Shown here piece by piece: positions 1 to 7,788 of a DNA stretch of 64,000 bases. This DNA comes from Christensenellales bacterium. Its GTDB lineage: Bacteria; Bacillota; Clostridia; Christensenellales; UBA3700. The position numbers were made by a program, and so were the translations under genes. The notes beneath the pieces are model-generated. The model was not told the DNA's origin and did not search any database. It worked only from the letters and a program-made list of their open reading frames with translations. Positions within the stretch are counted from its first letter, which is position 1. The number at the start of each line of letters is the position of its first letter. The DNA is taken from contig JBJETT010000010.1 in assembly GCA_051883455.1 (NCBI GenBank), positions 3,886 through 67,885 of the forward strand. The letters are read 5' to 3'.

Positions 1-1
1 T

Positions 2-2299
2 ATTTTGCAAAGACTCGGCGTAAAAATGGAGGGCGGAAAGCCCGAAATGGTCAACCTTACTCAGCCTGAGGTGATACAAAAAATCCACGAAGACTACCTG
101 AGAGCGGGTAGCGACGTGGTGTATGCCAATACATTTGGCGCCAATCGTATCAAAATGGAAGGCTATCCTTATATAGAATGTGCTAAAGCGGGCGTGCTTT
201 GTGCCAAAAACGCCGTCAAGGCTGTAGGCAAGGGACTAGTTGCCCTCGATATGGGTAGTATAGGCGAGCTCGTCGAGCCTATGGGTAGAGTAACCTTCGA
301 CGAGGTGTACGAGACGTATAAAGAAGTGGTGTTAGCCGTAGCGGACGAGGTCGACTTGTGCGTGATAGAAACGATGAGCGACCTCTACGAAACCAAAGCC
401 GCAGTGCTTGCCGTCAAGGAAAATTGCAACAAACCGCTAATCGTGACGATGAGCTTTGACGAAAAGGGCAGGACCTTTGCGGGGTGTCCCGTCGAGGCTA
501 TGGTGGCAACTATGCAAGGCTTGGGCGTGGACGCACTGGGGCTCAACTGTTCTCTAGGTCCTAAGCAACTTGGTAGCGTCGTAGATAGATTGCTATCAAT
601 GAGCGAGCTACCCGTAGTCGTCAAGCCAAACGCGGGTATGCCTACCATAAGGAACGGTGTGACTGCCTTCGATATGCCGGCGGACGAGTGGGCGGAGGCA
701 ATGGCAAGTATCGTCGACAAGGGCGTGGCTATAGTGGGCGGTTGCTGTGGAACGGATAGCGAATTTATCAAACTTCTGGCGGAGAAAATCAAGGACAAAA
801 AGCCAAGTAGACCTATCGCAAAGCACCAAGTATGCGTCGCAAGCGGTAGCAAGTACGTAAGACTCGATTGCCCGAAAATCGTGGGCGAAAGGATAAACCC
901 TACAGGCAAAAAGTTGATGAAACAAGCAATAGAAGCCGAGGATTGGGGATATATAGAAGGACAAGCCGTGGAGCAAACTCAAGCGGGCGCCGATATTTTG
1001 GACGTCAATATGGGGCTTGCAGGCATAGACGAAGCCGATATGATAGTCAAAGCTATCAAGAGAGTGCAGAGCGTGGTTGACCTTCCTATCCAAATAGACA
1101 GTACCGACCCCGTGGCAATCGAAAAGGGCTTGAGATACGTGAGCGGAAAGGCGATAGTCAATTCCGTCAACGGCGACGACGAAGTCTTGGATAGAGTGTT
1201 GCCACTAGTCAAAAAGTACGGCGCGTTGGTACTCGGCTTGACGATAGACAAGGACGGAATTCCTAAGACGGTGGAGAAGCGTCTAGAAATTGCTCGCAAG
1301 ATTGTAAAAAGAGCGCAAGAGTACGGCATAAGCAACGAGGACGTGATTATAGATACCCTTACCTTGACGGTGGGTGCCGAGCAAGAGCAAGCTGTCAATA
1401 CTTTGGAAGCTATAAGAAGAGTGAAGAGCGAGCTTGGCGTAAAGACGGCGCTCGGCGTGTCCAATATATCCTTTGGACTGCCCGAGAGGAACCTCGTCAA
1501 CAGAACCTTCTTGACAATGGCGCTGACTTGCGGGCTAGACCTAGCTATCATCAACCCTAATCTACAACCTATGAAAGAGAGCTTTTTGGCGTACAATTTG
1601 CTAGCGGGCATAGACCAAAAGGGCGAAAAGTATATCAAAGAGATTTCTACTAATACCGAGAGCGCGGTTGCCGTATCGGGGAAAGAGTTGACTCTGCAAG
1701 AATGTATCAAACAGTCGCTAAAGGCCCAAGCCGTCGAAACGGTAAAGGCTATGCTTGCAAAGGGACTCAACGGCTTGGATATAATAGACGAGTACGTCAT
1801 ACCTACCTTGGGTGAGATAGGCGACGGATACGAAAAGGCAACTATATTTTTGCCACAACTGATATCTACCGCTGAGGTGGCTTCGGCAGTGTGCGACGTC
1901 ATCAAGGCTAGTATAGGTAGTAGCAACGTAGGCAAGAGGGCCAAGATGGTGCTCGCGACGGTAGAGGGTGACGTGCACGATATAGGCAAAAATATCGTCA
2001 AGACCGTGCTACAAAATTACGGCTACGACATAATCGACCTTGGTAGGGACGTTGCCGTGGAAAGAGTAGTGGAAGCCGTCAAAAAGAATAAACCGCAAAT
2101 ACTCGGCTTGTCGGCGTTGATGACGACTACCGTCAAAAATATGAAGAGGACGATAGAAGAAGTACGAAAAGTCAGCGATTGTCTGATATGTGTGGGCGGT
2201 GCGGTGTTGAGTGAGGACGTAGCTAAGTCAATAGGCGCGGACGCATACAGTAAGGACCCTCGGCAGTTAGTCAAGATATTGGAAAGCAGAGGTTTGTAA
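2..2299 (+). CDS. metH: Cobalamin-dependent methionine synthase (homocysteine, pterin and B12-binding domains); 5' end lies outside the window
   Basis: NTFGAN, GLNCS and GGCCGT Zn-ligand motifs; GERINPTG/DVN pterin domain; DVHDIGKNIV and GLSALMTTT B12-binding motifs. The frame is open from the window edge. Confidence 0.9.
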   Translation: MLQRLGVKMEGGKPEMVNLTQPEVIQKIHEDYLRAGSDVVYANTFGANRIKMEGYPYIECAKAGVLCAKNAVKAVGKGLVALDMGSIGELVEPMGRVTFDEVYETYKEVVLAVADEVDLCVIETMSDLYETKAAVLAVKENCNKPLIVTMSFDEKGRTFAGCPVEAMVATMQGLGVDALGLNCSLGPKQLGSVVDRLLSMSELPVVVKPNAGMPTIRNGVTAFDMPADEWAEAMASIVDKGVAIVGGCCGTDSEFIKLLAEKIKDKKPSRPIAKHQVCVASGSKYVRLDCPKIVGERINPTGKKLMKQAIEAEDWGYIEGQAVEQTQAGADILDVNMGLAGIDEADMIVKAIKRVQSVVDLPIQIDSTDPVAIEKGLRYVSGKAIVNSVNGDDEVLDRVLPLVKKYGALVLGLTIDKDGIPKTVEKRLEIARKIVKRAQEYGISNEDVIIDTLTLTVGAEQEQAVNTLEAIRRVKSELGVKTALGVSNISFGLPERNLVNRTFLTMALTCGLDLAIINPNLQPMKESFLAYNLLAGIDQKGEKYIKEISTNTESAVAVSGKELTLQECIKQSLKAQAVETVKAMLAKGLNGLDIIDEYVIPTLGEIGDGYEKATIFLPQLISTAEVASAVCDVIKASIGSSNVGKRAKMVLATVEGDVHDIGKNIVKTVLQNYGYDIIDLGRDVAVERVVEAVKKNKPQILGLSALMTTTVKNMKRTIEEVRKVSDCLICVGGAVLSEDVAKSIGADAYSKDPRQLVKILESRGL

Positions 2300-2302
2300 G
2301 CC

Positions 2303-2327
2303 AAAAAGTCGATACAGGTCGCCAAAA
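2303..2327. repeat. Degenerate copy of the dispersed 26-bp palindrome
   Basis: AAAAAGTCGATAC matches the left 13 bp of the element at 37743; the right arm is degenerate. Confidence 0.45.
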
Positions 2328-2374
2328 TTGCAAAACATGCGAAATATTTGTACAAAAGAGGACTAATAAAAAAT

Positions 2375-3241
2375 ATGTGGATACTGGCGGCGATTGGCTC
2401 GGCGGTGTTTGCCGCCTTGACGGCGATATTGTCCAAGTGTGGAATAAAGAACGTCAATTCAGACGTAGCTACGGCGTTGCGCACGTCGGTGGTGCTGATA
2501 TTTGCTTGGATAATCGTCTTTGCAACGGGCGTATACAAGGATATTGCGACTATAGATACCAAGTCGTTGCTATTCCTCGTGTTGTCGGGCTTGGCTACGG
2601 GCGCGAGCTGGATATGCTACTTCAAAGCATTGTCGATAGGCGAGGTGTCCAAGGTTGCTGCGGTGGACAAGTCGAGCGTAGTGCTGTCTGTACTGCTTGC
2701 AATCATCATCTTCCCTCAGGAGAGAGAAGGGTGGTGGATAAAGCTGTTGTGCCTGTTAGCAATAGGCGTCGGAACTTTGCTTATGACCGATATCAAGCGA
2801 GGCGAGGACAAAACCCGACTTGCTTGGTTGATATTCGCTTTGCTTTCGGCGATATTTGCCGCGGCAACCTCAATACTTGCCAAGATAGGCATACAAAACG
2901 TCAACTCTAACCTTGCCACCGCAATAAGAACTTGCGTGGTTTTGGTGATGGCGTGGCTAATCGTGATAGCAAGGGACGAGGTAAAGACTATCAAGGACGT
3001 CAAGGCAAAAGACGCGGTGTTTTTGGTCTTGTCGGGAATAGCGACGGGCGCTAGCTGGCTGTGCTATTATTACGCTATCCAAAAGGGACAAGTGAGTATA
3101 GTCGTGCCGATTGACAAGCTTAGCATTTTGATAACGGTGCTATTTTCTTTGGTGGTGTTCAAAGAAAAGCTCTCCGCCAAGGCTTGGACGGGACTTGGAC
3201 TGTTGACGGCGGGCACGGTGCTGATAGCAGTATTGACGTAA
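2375..3241 (+). CDS. EamA/DMT family transporter
   Basis: Two internal repeats (AAxTxILxKxGIxNVNS...LSGxATGASWxCY...DK) and about 10 hydrophobic segments. Confidence 0.9.
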   Translation: MWILAAIGSAVFAALTAILSKCGIKNVNSDVATALRTSVVLIFAWIIVFATGVYKDIATIDTKSLLFLVLSGLATGASWICYFKALSIGEVSKVAAVDKSSVVLSVLLAIIIFPQEREGWWIKLLCLLAIGVGTLLMTDIKRGEDKTRLAWLIFALLSAIFAAATSILAKIGIQNVNSNLATAIRTCVVLVMAWLIVIARDEVKTIKDVKAKDAVFLVLSGIATGASWLCYYYAIQKGQVSIVVPIDKLSILITVLFSLVVFKEKLSAKAWTGLGLLTAGTVLIAVLT

Positions 3242-3274
3242 ATTGTAATATATTGACAAATTATTAGAATAAAT

Positions 3275-3298
3275 AAAGCACGTCTAATCGTGCTTTTT
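3275..3298 (+). terminator. Intrinsic terminator
   Basis: AAAGCACG-N6-CGTGCTTT followed by a T tract, between convergent genes. Confidence 0.7.
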
Positions 3299-3355
3299 GT
3301 TTGGTAAACGATATGCTTTCGAACAATTCTTTGTCTAACGCTTTTTAGTCGCTGC

Positions 3356-3922
3356 CTATTTGGTGTCGCTTTCTTCTTGCCATTCGGTAGGTTGTTGACG
3401 TGTCGTTACGTCTTGCTCGACGGCATTTATTTGCTCGGCGATATCGTCTTGGGCGTGGGCAGTTGGTTGTATCGTATCGCTCTTGGCATCGTCGATATGG
3501 GCATCGGTTGGGCTCGCAGTTTCGGGCTTTTTCTTTTCTCTATATACGAAAAATTTGCAATACAAAAACTCTAGCACGAGGTTGCATATCATAGTGCCTG
3601 CAAGCACGATATATTTGTGCACGCCGTGGGTGGTGAGAATCTTGGTCGTCCAAGTCGAGAGAGGGGTGAATGCACAATAGAATAGGGCGACTTTGAGCAT
3701 GGCTAGGGGCACGTTGTTAGTGGCTTTGAAGGTAAACTTACGGTTGACGGTGAAGTTGTAGAGCACCGAGCATACCAATGCGATGAGATAGCTGTATTGC
3801 GCGGGCAAATGCACGACTTCGTTGAAAAAGACGTCGACTAATACTTGTATGATGCCTGCCGAAGCGGAAAAGAGAGCAAACTTGATTGCTTGCAATACTA
3901 CCTTCTTTTTGTCGGATTGCAT
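3356..3922 (-). CDS. GtrA family membrane protein with an acidic C-terminal tail
   Basis: KFALFS...NFTVNRKFTFK motif, four TM segments, AGGAGG RBS. Confidence 0.85.
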   Translation of the reverse strand: MQSDKKKVVLQAIKFALFSASAGIIQVLVDVFFNEVVHLPAQYSYLIALVCSVLYNFTVNRKFTFKATNNVPLAMLKVALFYCAFTPLSTWTTKILTTHGVHKYIVLAGTMICNLVLEFLYCKFFVYREKKKPETASPTDAHIDDAKSDTIQPTAHAQDDIAEQINAVEQDVTTRQQPTEWQEESDTK

Positions 3923-3991
3923 ATAGTCCTCCTAATATCTTGTCGCCATTGTTATTATAGCTTATTTTGCGCTCAATGTCGATAGTAAATC

Positions 3992-4022
3992 AAAATAAAG
4001 AAGGAGCGACAATTCGCTCCTT
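3992..4022 (-). terminator. Intrinsic terminator of mscL
   Basis: AAGGAGCGA-N4-TCGCTCCTT stem with an A-rich flank on the + strand. Confidence 0.65.
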
Positions 4023-4037
4023 ATAATGGTTGTGTTA

Positions 4038-4634
4038 TTACTCTTGCTCTTGCTGTTTTTGGAGAAGATCTCTAATGTCTTTGAGAAGCATCTCGGTGGT
4101 TGGGTTGGCGAGCAATTCAGCCTCTGCTTTGGCTTTGTCCTCGGCTTCTTTAGCAAGTCTAGCTTCTTCGGCTTGCTTAGCTTTGAGAGCTTGATTTTCT
4201 TCGTACACTTCTCTAAAAGAACGACCTTCGGCTTTAGCTTTAGCTTTGAGAGCTTTGTTCTCGGCTTTGACTTCTTTTTTGCTTTGTTGCTTAGCAAATT
4301 CGCCCAATTCCTCAAGCTTTTTGCGAGAAGAGTTGACTAGTTTGACTACGATAAATATCGACGTTGCAATAATCAAAAAGTCGATGATAGTTTGGATAAA
4401 GTTGCCGTACGCCCAAGTGAGTGTTGCTTCGCCTAATTCGTTGGTTCTGAGTACGATACTGAGCTCTTTGAGCGAGCCTGCTCCCGTAGCCCAAGTGATG
4501 AGAGGCATAATGATGTCGTTGACAAGGCTGGACACGATTTTGTTGAACGCAGTTGCGATAATCATACCGACAGCCATATCGAAAATATTGCCACGGCATA
4601 CGAAATCTTTGAATTCTTTGAAAAACTTTTTCAT
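4038..4634 (-). CDS. mscL: Large-conductance mechanosensitive channel with an extended cytoplasmic linker
   Basis: FFKEFKDF..RGNIFDMAVG..AFNKIVSSLVNDIIMP, YGNFIQTIIDFLII and LLKDIRDLL motifs; AAGGAG RBS before ATG 4634. Confidence 0.95.
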   Translation of the reverse strand: MKKFFKEFKDFVCRGNIFDMAVGMIIATAFNKIVSSLVNDIIMPLITWATGAGSLKELSIVLRTNELGEATLTWAYGNFIQTIIDFLIIATSIFIVVKLVNSSRKKLEELGEFAKQQSKKEVKAENKALKAKAKAEGRSFREVYEENQALKAKQAEEARLAKEAEDKAKAEAELLANPTTEMLLKDIRDLLQKQQEQE

Positions 4635-4792
4635 AAGCACTCCTTACTCTTTAGTTGGTTATATTATAGTCGCAATGGTTGTTTTTGCAAAGTGATTTTG
4701 CCCAAAAAATGCAAGAAGTGACGGGTAAATTTTGGAAACAATGGATATAAATGTCGTTAGCGGTAATCGATATGTCGAATTAAAACAATCAA

Positions 4793-4824
4793 AATCCTCA
4801 CGACACGTCTTTGCCGTGAGGATT
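4793..4824 (-). terminator. Probable terminator of the ferredoxin-cupin transcript
   Basis: AATCCTCACG...CGTGAGGATT 10-bp stem with an A-rich left flank. Confidence 0.55.
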
Positions 4825-4855
4825 GTCGACTATAGCGTCGAAGAGTATATTTCGG

Positions 4856-5185
4856 TTAGAAAATCACCGTAAGCAACATTTTGAAGTCCTCTTGTGCGTA
4901 GACTGAGTGAGATATGCGAGAGGTCATAACCAAGGATTGACCTTGCGTGCAAATAAACTCTTCTTCGCCGACGGTAATTTTTGCCGTGCCTTGCAAAACG
5001 TTGACCATGGCGTCGCCCTCCGAGGCGTGAGTGGAAATCTCTTCGCCTTGCGAAAAGGCAAACAAAGTCACGCTGACGGCGTCGTTTTGGCACAGCGTCT
5101 TGCTGACGATTTGCCCTTGTAGCGTGTCGATTTGGTCGGCTAATTGCAATATTTGGCGATGAGGAATGTTTTTGATTACAGCCAT
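4856..5185 (-). CDS. Cupin domain protein
   Basis: TLFAFSQGEEISTH...GDA...H.VYA...FKMLL pattern. Confidence 0.85.
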   Translation of the reverse strand: MAVIKNIPHRQILQLADQIDTLQGQIVSKTLCQNDAVSVTLFAFSQGEEISTHASEGDAMVNVLQGTAKITVGEEEFICTQGQSLVMTSRISHSVYAQEDFKMLLTVIF

Positions 5186-5191
5186 TGCTCT

Positions 5192-5377
5192 TTAGATTTG
5201 AGATATTGCATTGACGGGGCACTCCGCCATAGCTAGCTCGGCACGGTCAAGGGTAGCTCCGATTGGCTCGATATCCAACGCTTGCGCTTTGCCTTCATCT
5301 GTCATCTCGAATACTTCGGGACAAGTGTTGTTGCACGCTCCGCAACCTATGCAATCGTCATTGACGTAATATTTCAT
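5192..5377 (-). CDS. Single-cluster ferredoxin
   Basis: CxxCxxCxxxCP...CPVNAI in 61 aa; AAGGAG RBS. Confidence 0.9.
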   Translation of the reverse strand: MKYYVNDDCIGCGACNNTCPEVFEMTDEGKAQALDIEPIGATLDRAELAMAECPVNAISQI

Positions 5378-5538
5378 AAATAATCTCCTTGTTTCTAGTT
5401 TGATTTGGTTGTACTGCTTGTATTATTGCCAAAAAATAAAATTGTAAACACGTATTGATTTTTTTGTATATTTGCATATTGATTTTGAAACGATTTAGGG
5501 GTTTAATTGGGACAATATTAGTAAGACAGGGGGACTGT

Positions 5539-5850
5539 ATGAGAGAAGGATTTGTTACGCCACCAAAGCACGTAGGCTTTGAGGTAAAGAAATTGTTTGA
5601 TAAGTCGGCAGAGCTGATTGACGTGGCTATTGCGTATATTCAACCGACAGGCGGAGGTCCGAGCGAGAAACACACCCATAGCCACGACCATTTGTTTGTC
5701 GTCACTCAAGGACGGGCGAGAATAGAATTGGGAGAAGAAACCGTCGTTTTGCAAAAAGACCAATCGTTGTTGGTAAAAGGAACGATACCTCATTGCGTAT
5801 GGAACGATTGCGACGAAACGACGACTATGATAGGTATTACGCTCAAATGA
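5539..5850 (+). CDS. Cupin_2 domain protein
   Basis: HTHSHDH and IPH metal-ligand motifs; GGGGG RBS before ATG 5539. Confidence 0.8.
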   Translation: MREGFVTPPKHVGFEVKKLFDKSAELIDVAIAYIQPTGGGPSEKHTHSHDHLFVVTQGRARIELGEETVVLQKDQSLLVKGTIPHCVWNDCDETTTMIGITLK

Positions 5851-5857
5851 CGGCGTG

Positions 5858-5885
5858 ACGAAAATAACTCAACGAACATACAATA
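5858..5885 (+). promoter_or_regulatory. Possible sigmaK/sigmaE-type sporulation promoter
   Basis: AC-N17-CATACAATA immediately upstream of the amidase gene. Confidence 0.35.
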
Positions 5886-5889
5886 TCGT

Positions 5890-6390
5890 GTGAGAGTGGT
5901 TGAGTACGACGCCTTGTCGGCGGTGCAATACGCAAAAAAGTGGGCTTATAGACGAAATCCCGTATATTACAACTTCGATGGATTGGGCGGAGATTGCACG
6001 GCATTTGCATCGCAATGCTTGTATGCCGGTAGCGGCGTGATGAATTATACTCCAACCTTTGGTTGGTACTATATCTCTCTGAGAGATAGAGCGCCCGCTT
6101 GGAGCGGAGTGCAATACTTTTATAATTTTTTGACGAGTAACCTCAAGGGCGTAGGCAATGCTCAAGGTCCTTTCGGTGTGCAAACTCAGGTGAATTACGT
6201 GAGAATTGGCGACTTTATACAACTAGGCAACGCGCAAGGGAAGTTTTATCATACTTTGATCGTGACGGGATTTCGAGGCGGAGTGCCGTTGGTTGCTTCA
6301 CATACCATTGACTCGTTGGATAGACCTCTAAGCAGCTACGACTATCGTATTGCAAGAGCAATCAAGGTGCTTGGTGTGCGGACGTATTAG
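5890..6390 (+). CDS. Putative amidase domain protein (Amidase_6-like)
   Basis: YD..AVQYAKKWA...GGDCTAFASQCLYAG...GDFIQL...HT motifs. Confidence 0.85.
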   Translation: MRVVEYDALSAVQYAKKWAYRRNPVYYNFDGLGGDCTAFASQCLYAGSGVMNYTPTFGWYYISLRDRAPAWSGVQYFYNFLTSNLKGVGNAQGPFGVQTQVNYVRIGDFIQLGNAQGKFYHTLIVTGFRGGVPLVASHTIDSLDRPLSSYDYRIARAIKVLGVRTY

Positions 6391-6454
6391 TTCTGTTGTT
6401 GACGACGCACTTGCGGTATTGGGTGTATATTTCAAATTTTGTGCAAATATTGCT

Positions 6455-6501
6455 TTTCAGTAATCTTTAAGGTTGACAGTATTATAACGATATGTTAGAC
6501 T
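6455..6501 (+). promoter_or_regulatory. SigmaA promoter of the response regulator with an adjacent CiaR-type direct repeat
   Basis: TTTCAG-N5-TTTAAG (6455-6471), then TTGACA (6473) and 17 bp to TAGACT (6496) with an extended-10 TG. Confidence 0.7.
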
Positions 6502-6518
6502 TTTGGCGTAGGTGATAT

Positions 6519-7193
6519 ATGAAGTTTTTGATAGTTGAGGACAATATAGGTTGGAGCAACAAACTCAAAGAATGTGTGGCTGTGCTGGGCGAGAGCGAAT
6601 GTGCTTTTGACGGCGAAGAGGGATTGTATATGGCGGAGAGTAATATATATGATCTCATCATCTTCGATATGATATTGCCAAAGCTCAACGGCTCGGAATT
6701 TTTGGTCAAGCTTAGGCAAAAGAGCGTGTGCCCCGCCATTGCGGTGTCTTCTTTGGATAGCAAGAGCAAGATAGTCGAGGGTTTAAAATTAGGTGCGGAC
6801 GACTACGTGGTCAAACCTTTTGACCAAGAAGAGCTTAGGGCAAGAATAGTTGCCGTCTTGCGAAGATATAATAATAACTTTTCGGATATTTACACCTGCG
6901 ACGAGGTGGTAATGGACTTTAGGAACAAGATGCTCAGCGTGTGCGGAGAGTACGTCAAGTTGTCTGGTAAGTCTTACGATATAGTGGAATTTTTGATACG
7001 CAACCGCAATATAATAATATCCAAAGAACAACTCTTCAATAGAATTTGGGGCAACGACAGCGATACCATTATGACGGTGACGGAAGTGTATATCAGCAGT
7101 CTAAGAAAAAAGCTGGACAAGTTTGGCGCAAAGAATTATATTAGAACCGTAAAAAATATTGGATATATGTGGTACGACAAGAGGGACAAGTAG
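6519..7193 (+). CDS. OmpR/PhoB family response regulator, CiaR-like, with no adjacent kinase
   Basis: Intact receiver (ED, phospho-Asp in IIFDMILP, KPF) plus winged helix. FDGEEGLYxAES and WGxDSDT..EVYISxLRKKL resemble streptococcal CiaR as I recall it. Confidence 0.9.
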   Translation: MKFLIVEDNIGWSNKLKECVAVLGESECAFDGEEGLYMAESNIYDLIIFDMILPKLNGSEFLVKLRQKSVCPAIAVSSLDSKSKIVEGLKLGADDYVVKPFDQEELRARIVAVLRRYNNNFSDIYTCDEVVMDFRNKMLSVCGEYVKLSGKSYDIVEFLIRNRNIIISKEQLFNRIWGNDSDTIMTVTEVYISSLRKKLDKFGAKNYIRTVKNIGYMWYDKRDK

Positions 7194-7336
7194 TCGGCAC
7201 TGTAATATGGAAAAATTTGTAAAAATTAGCTTTGGACAAGACGCACGGCATTAAGATTGAGTTGCCGATATCCGGTATTAATATACTAATATCAATACAA
7301 TAAATTATACTAATATAACAAGATGAATCATTATTT

Positions 7337-7373
7337 AATAAGTACGATACGAATATAGCTATCGTACTTATTT
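7337..7373 (+). terminator. 13-bp inverted repeat, possible terminator
   Basis: AATAAGTACGATA-N10-TATCGTACTTATT. Confidence 0.5.
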
Positions 7374-7712
7374 GATTGATAAGGGAAATAGCAACTTAGT
7401 TGATAATGATTTATATGATAAGTAAAATATGGATAAAACGGTTTTGAAAAACCAAGCGGACGTATGAAGCCGAAAGGGCAGTGTGAGGCGACGAACGACG
7501 CGTCAGTAGTTGCTTGCAGAACATTCGCAATAAGTTGGCACCCGCCTAATAAAAAGCGCTAATTAGGCAAAAAATCAAAAATTAAAAAAAATTTACATAA
7601 CTTGCAATATCGACGCTTTTGTAATAAAAAGTGGTGATTTTGAAAAGAAAACACCAAAAATAAAAAATAAAAGTTATATTTTGAGTTGCTTTTAAAAATT
7701 TTTTAGCAAAAT

Positions 7713-7750
7713 TTTAAGGTTGGTTTAAGTTTATCTTTCTAATATATAAT
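7713..7750 (+). promoter_or_regulatory. CiaR-type box and -10 element of the giant-protein operon
   Basis: Perfect TTTAAG-GTTGG-TTTAAG (7713-7729); TAATAT 10 bp downstream (7740) and TATAAT at 7745; no canonical -35. Confidence 0.75.
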
Positions 7751-7788
7751 AAATAAGAAATCGCACATATCTGCGATTAGGAGGAAGT

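Noticed and set aside
7452-7570. c-di-GMP or other known riboswitch upstream of the adhesin operon
   Set aside because: It has a GAAA hairpin but lacks the conserved GEMM motifs, and it lies upstream of the likely operon promoter at 7713-7750.
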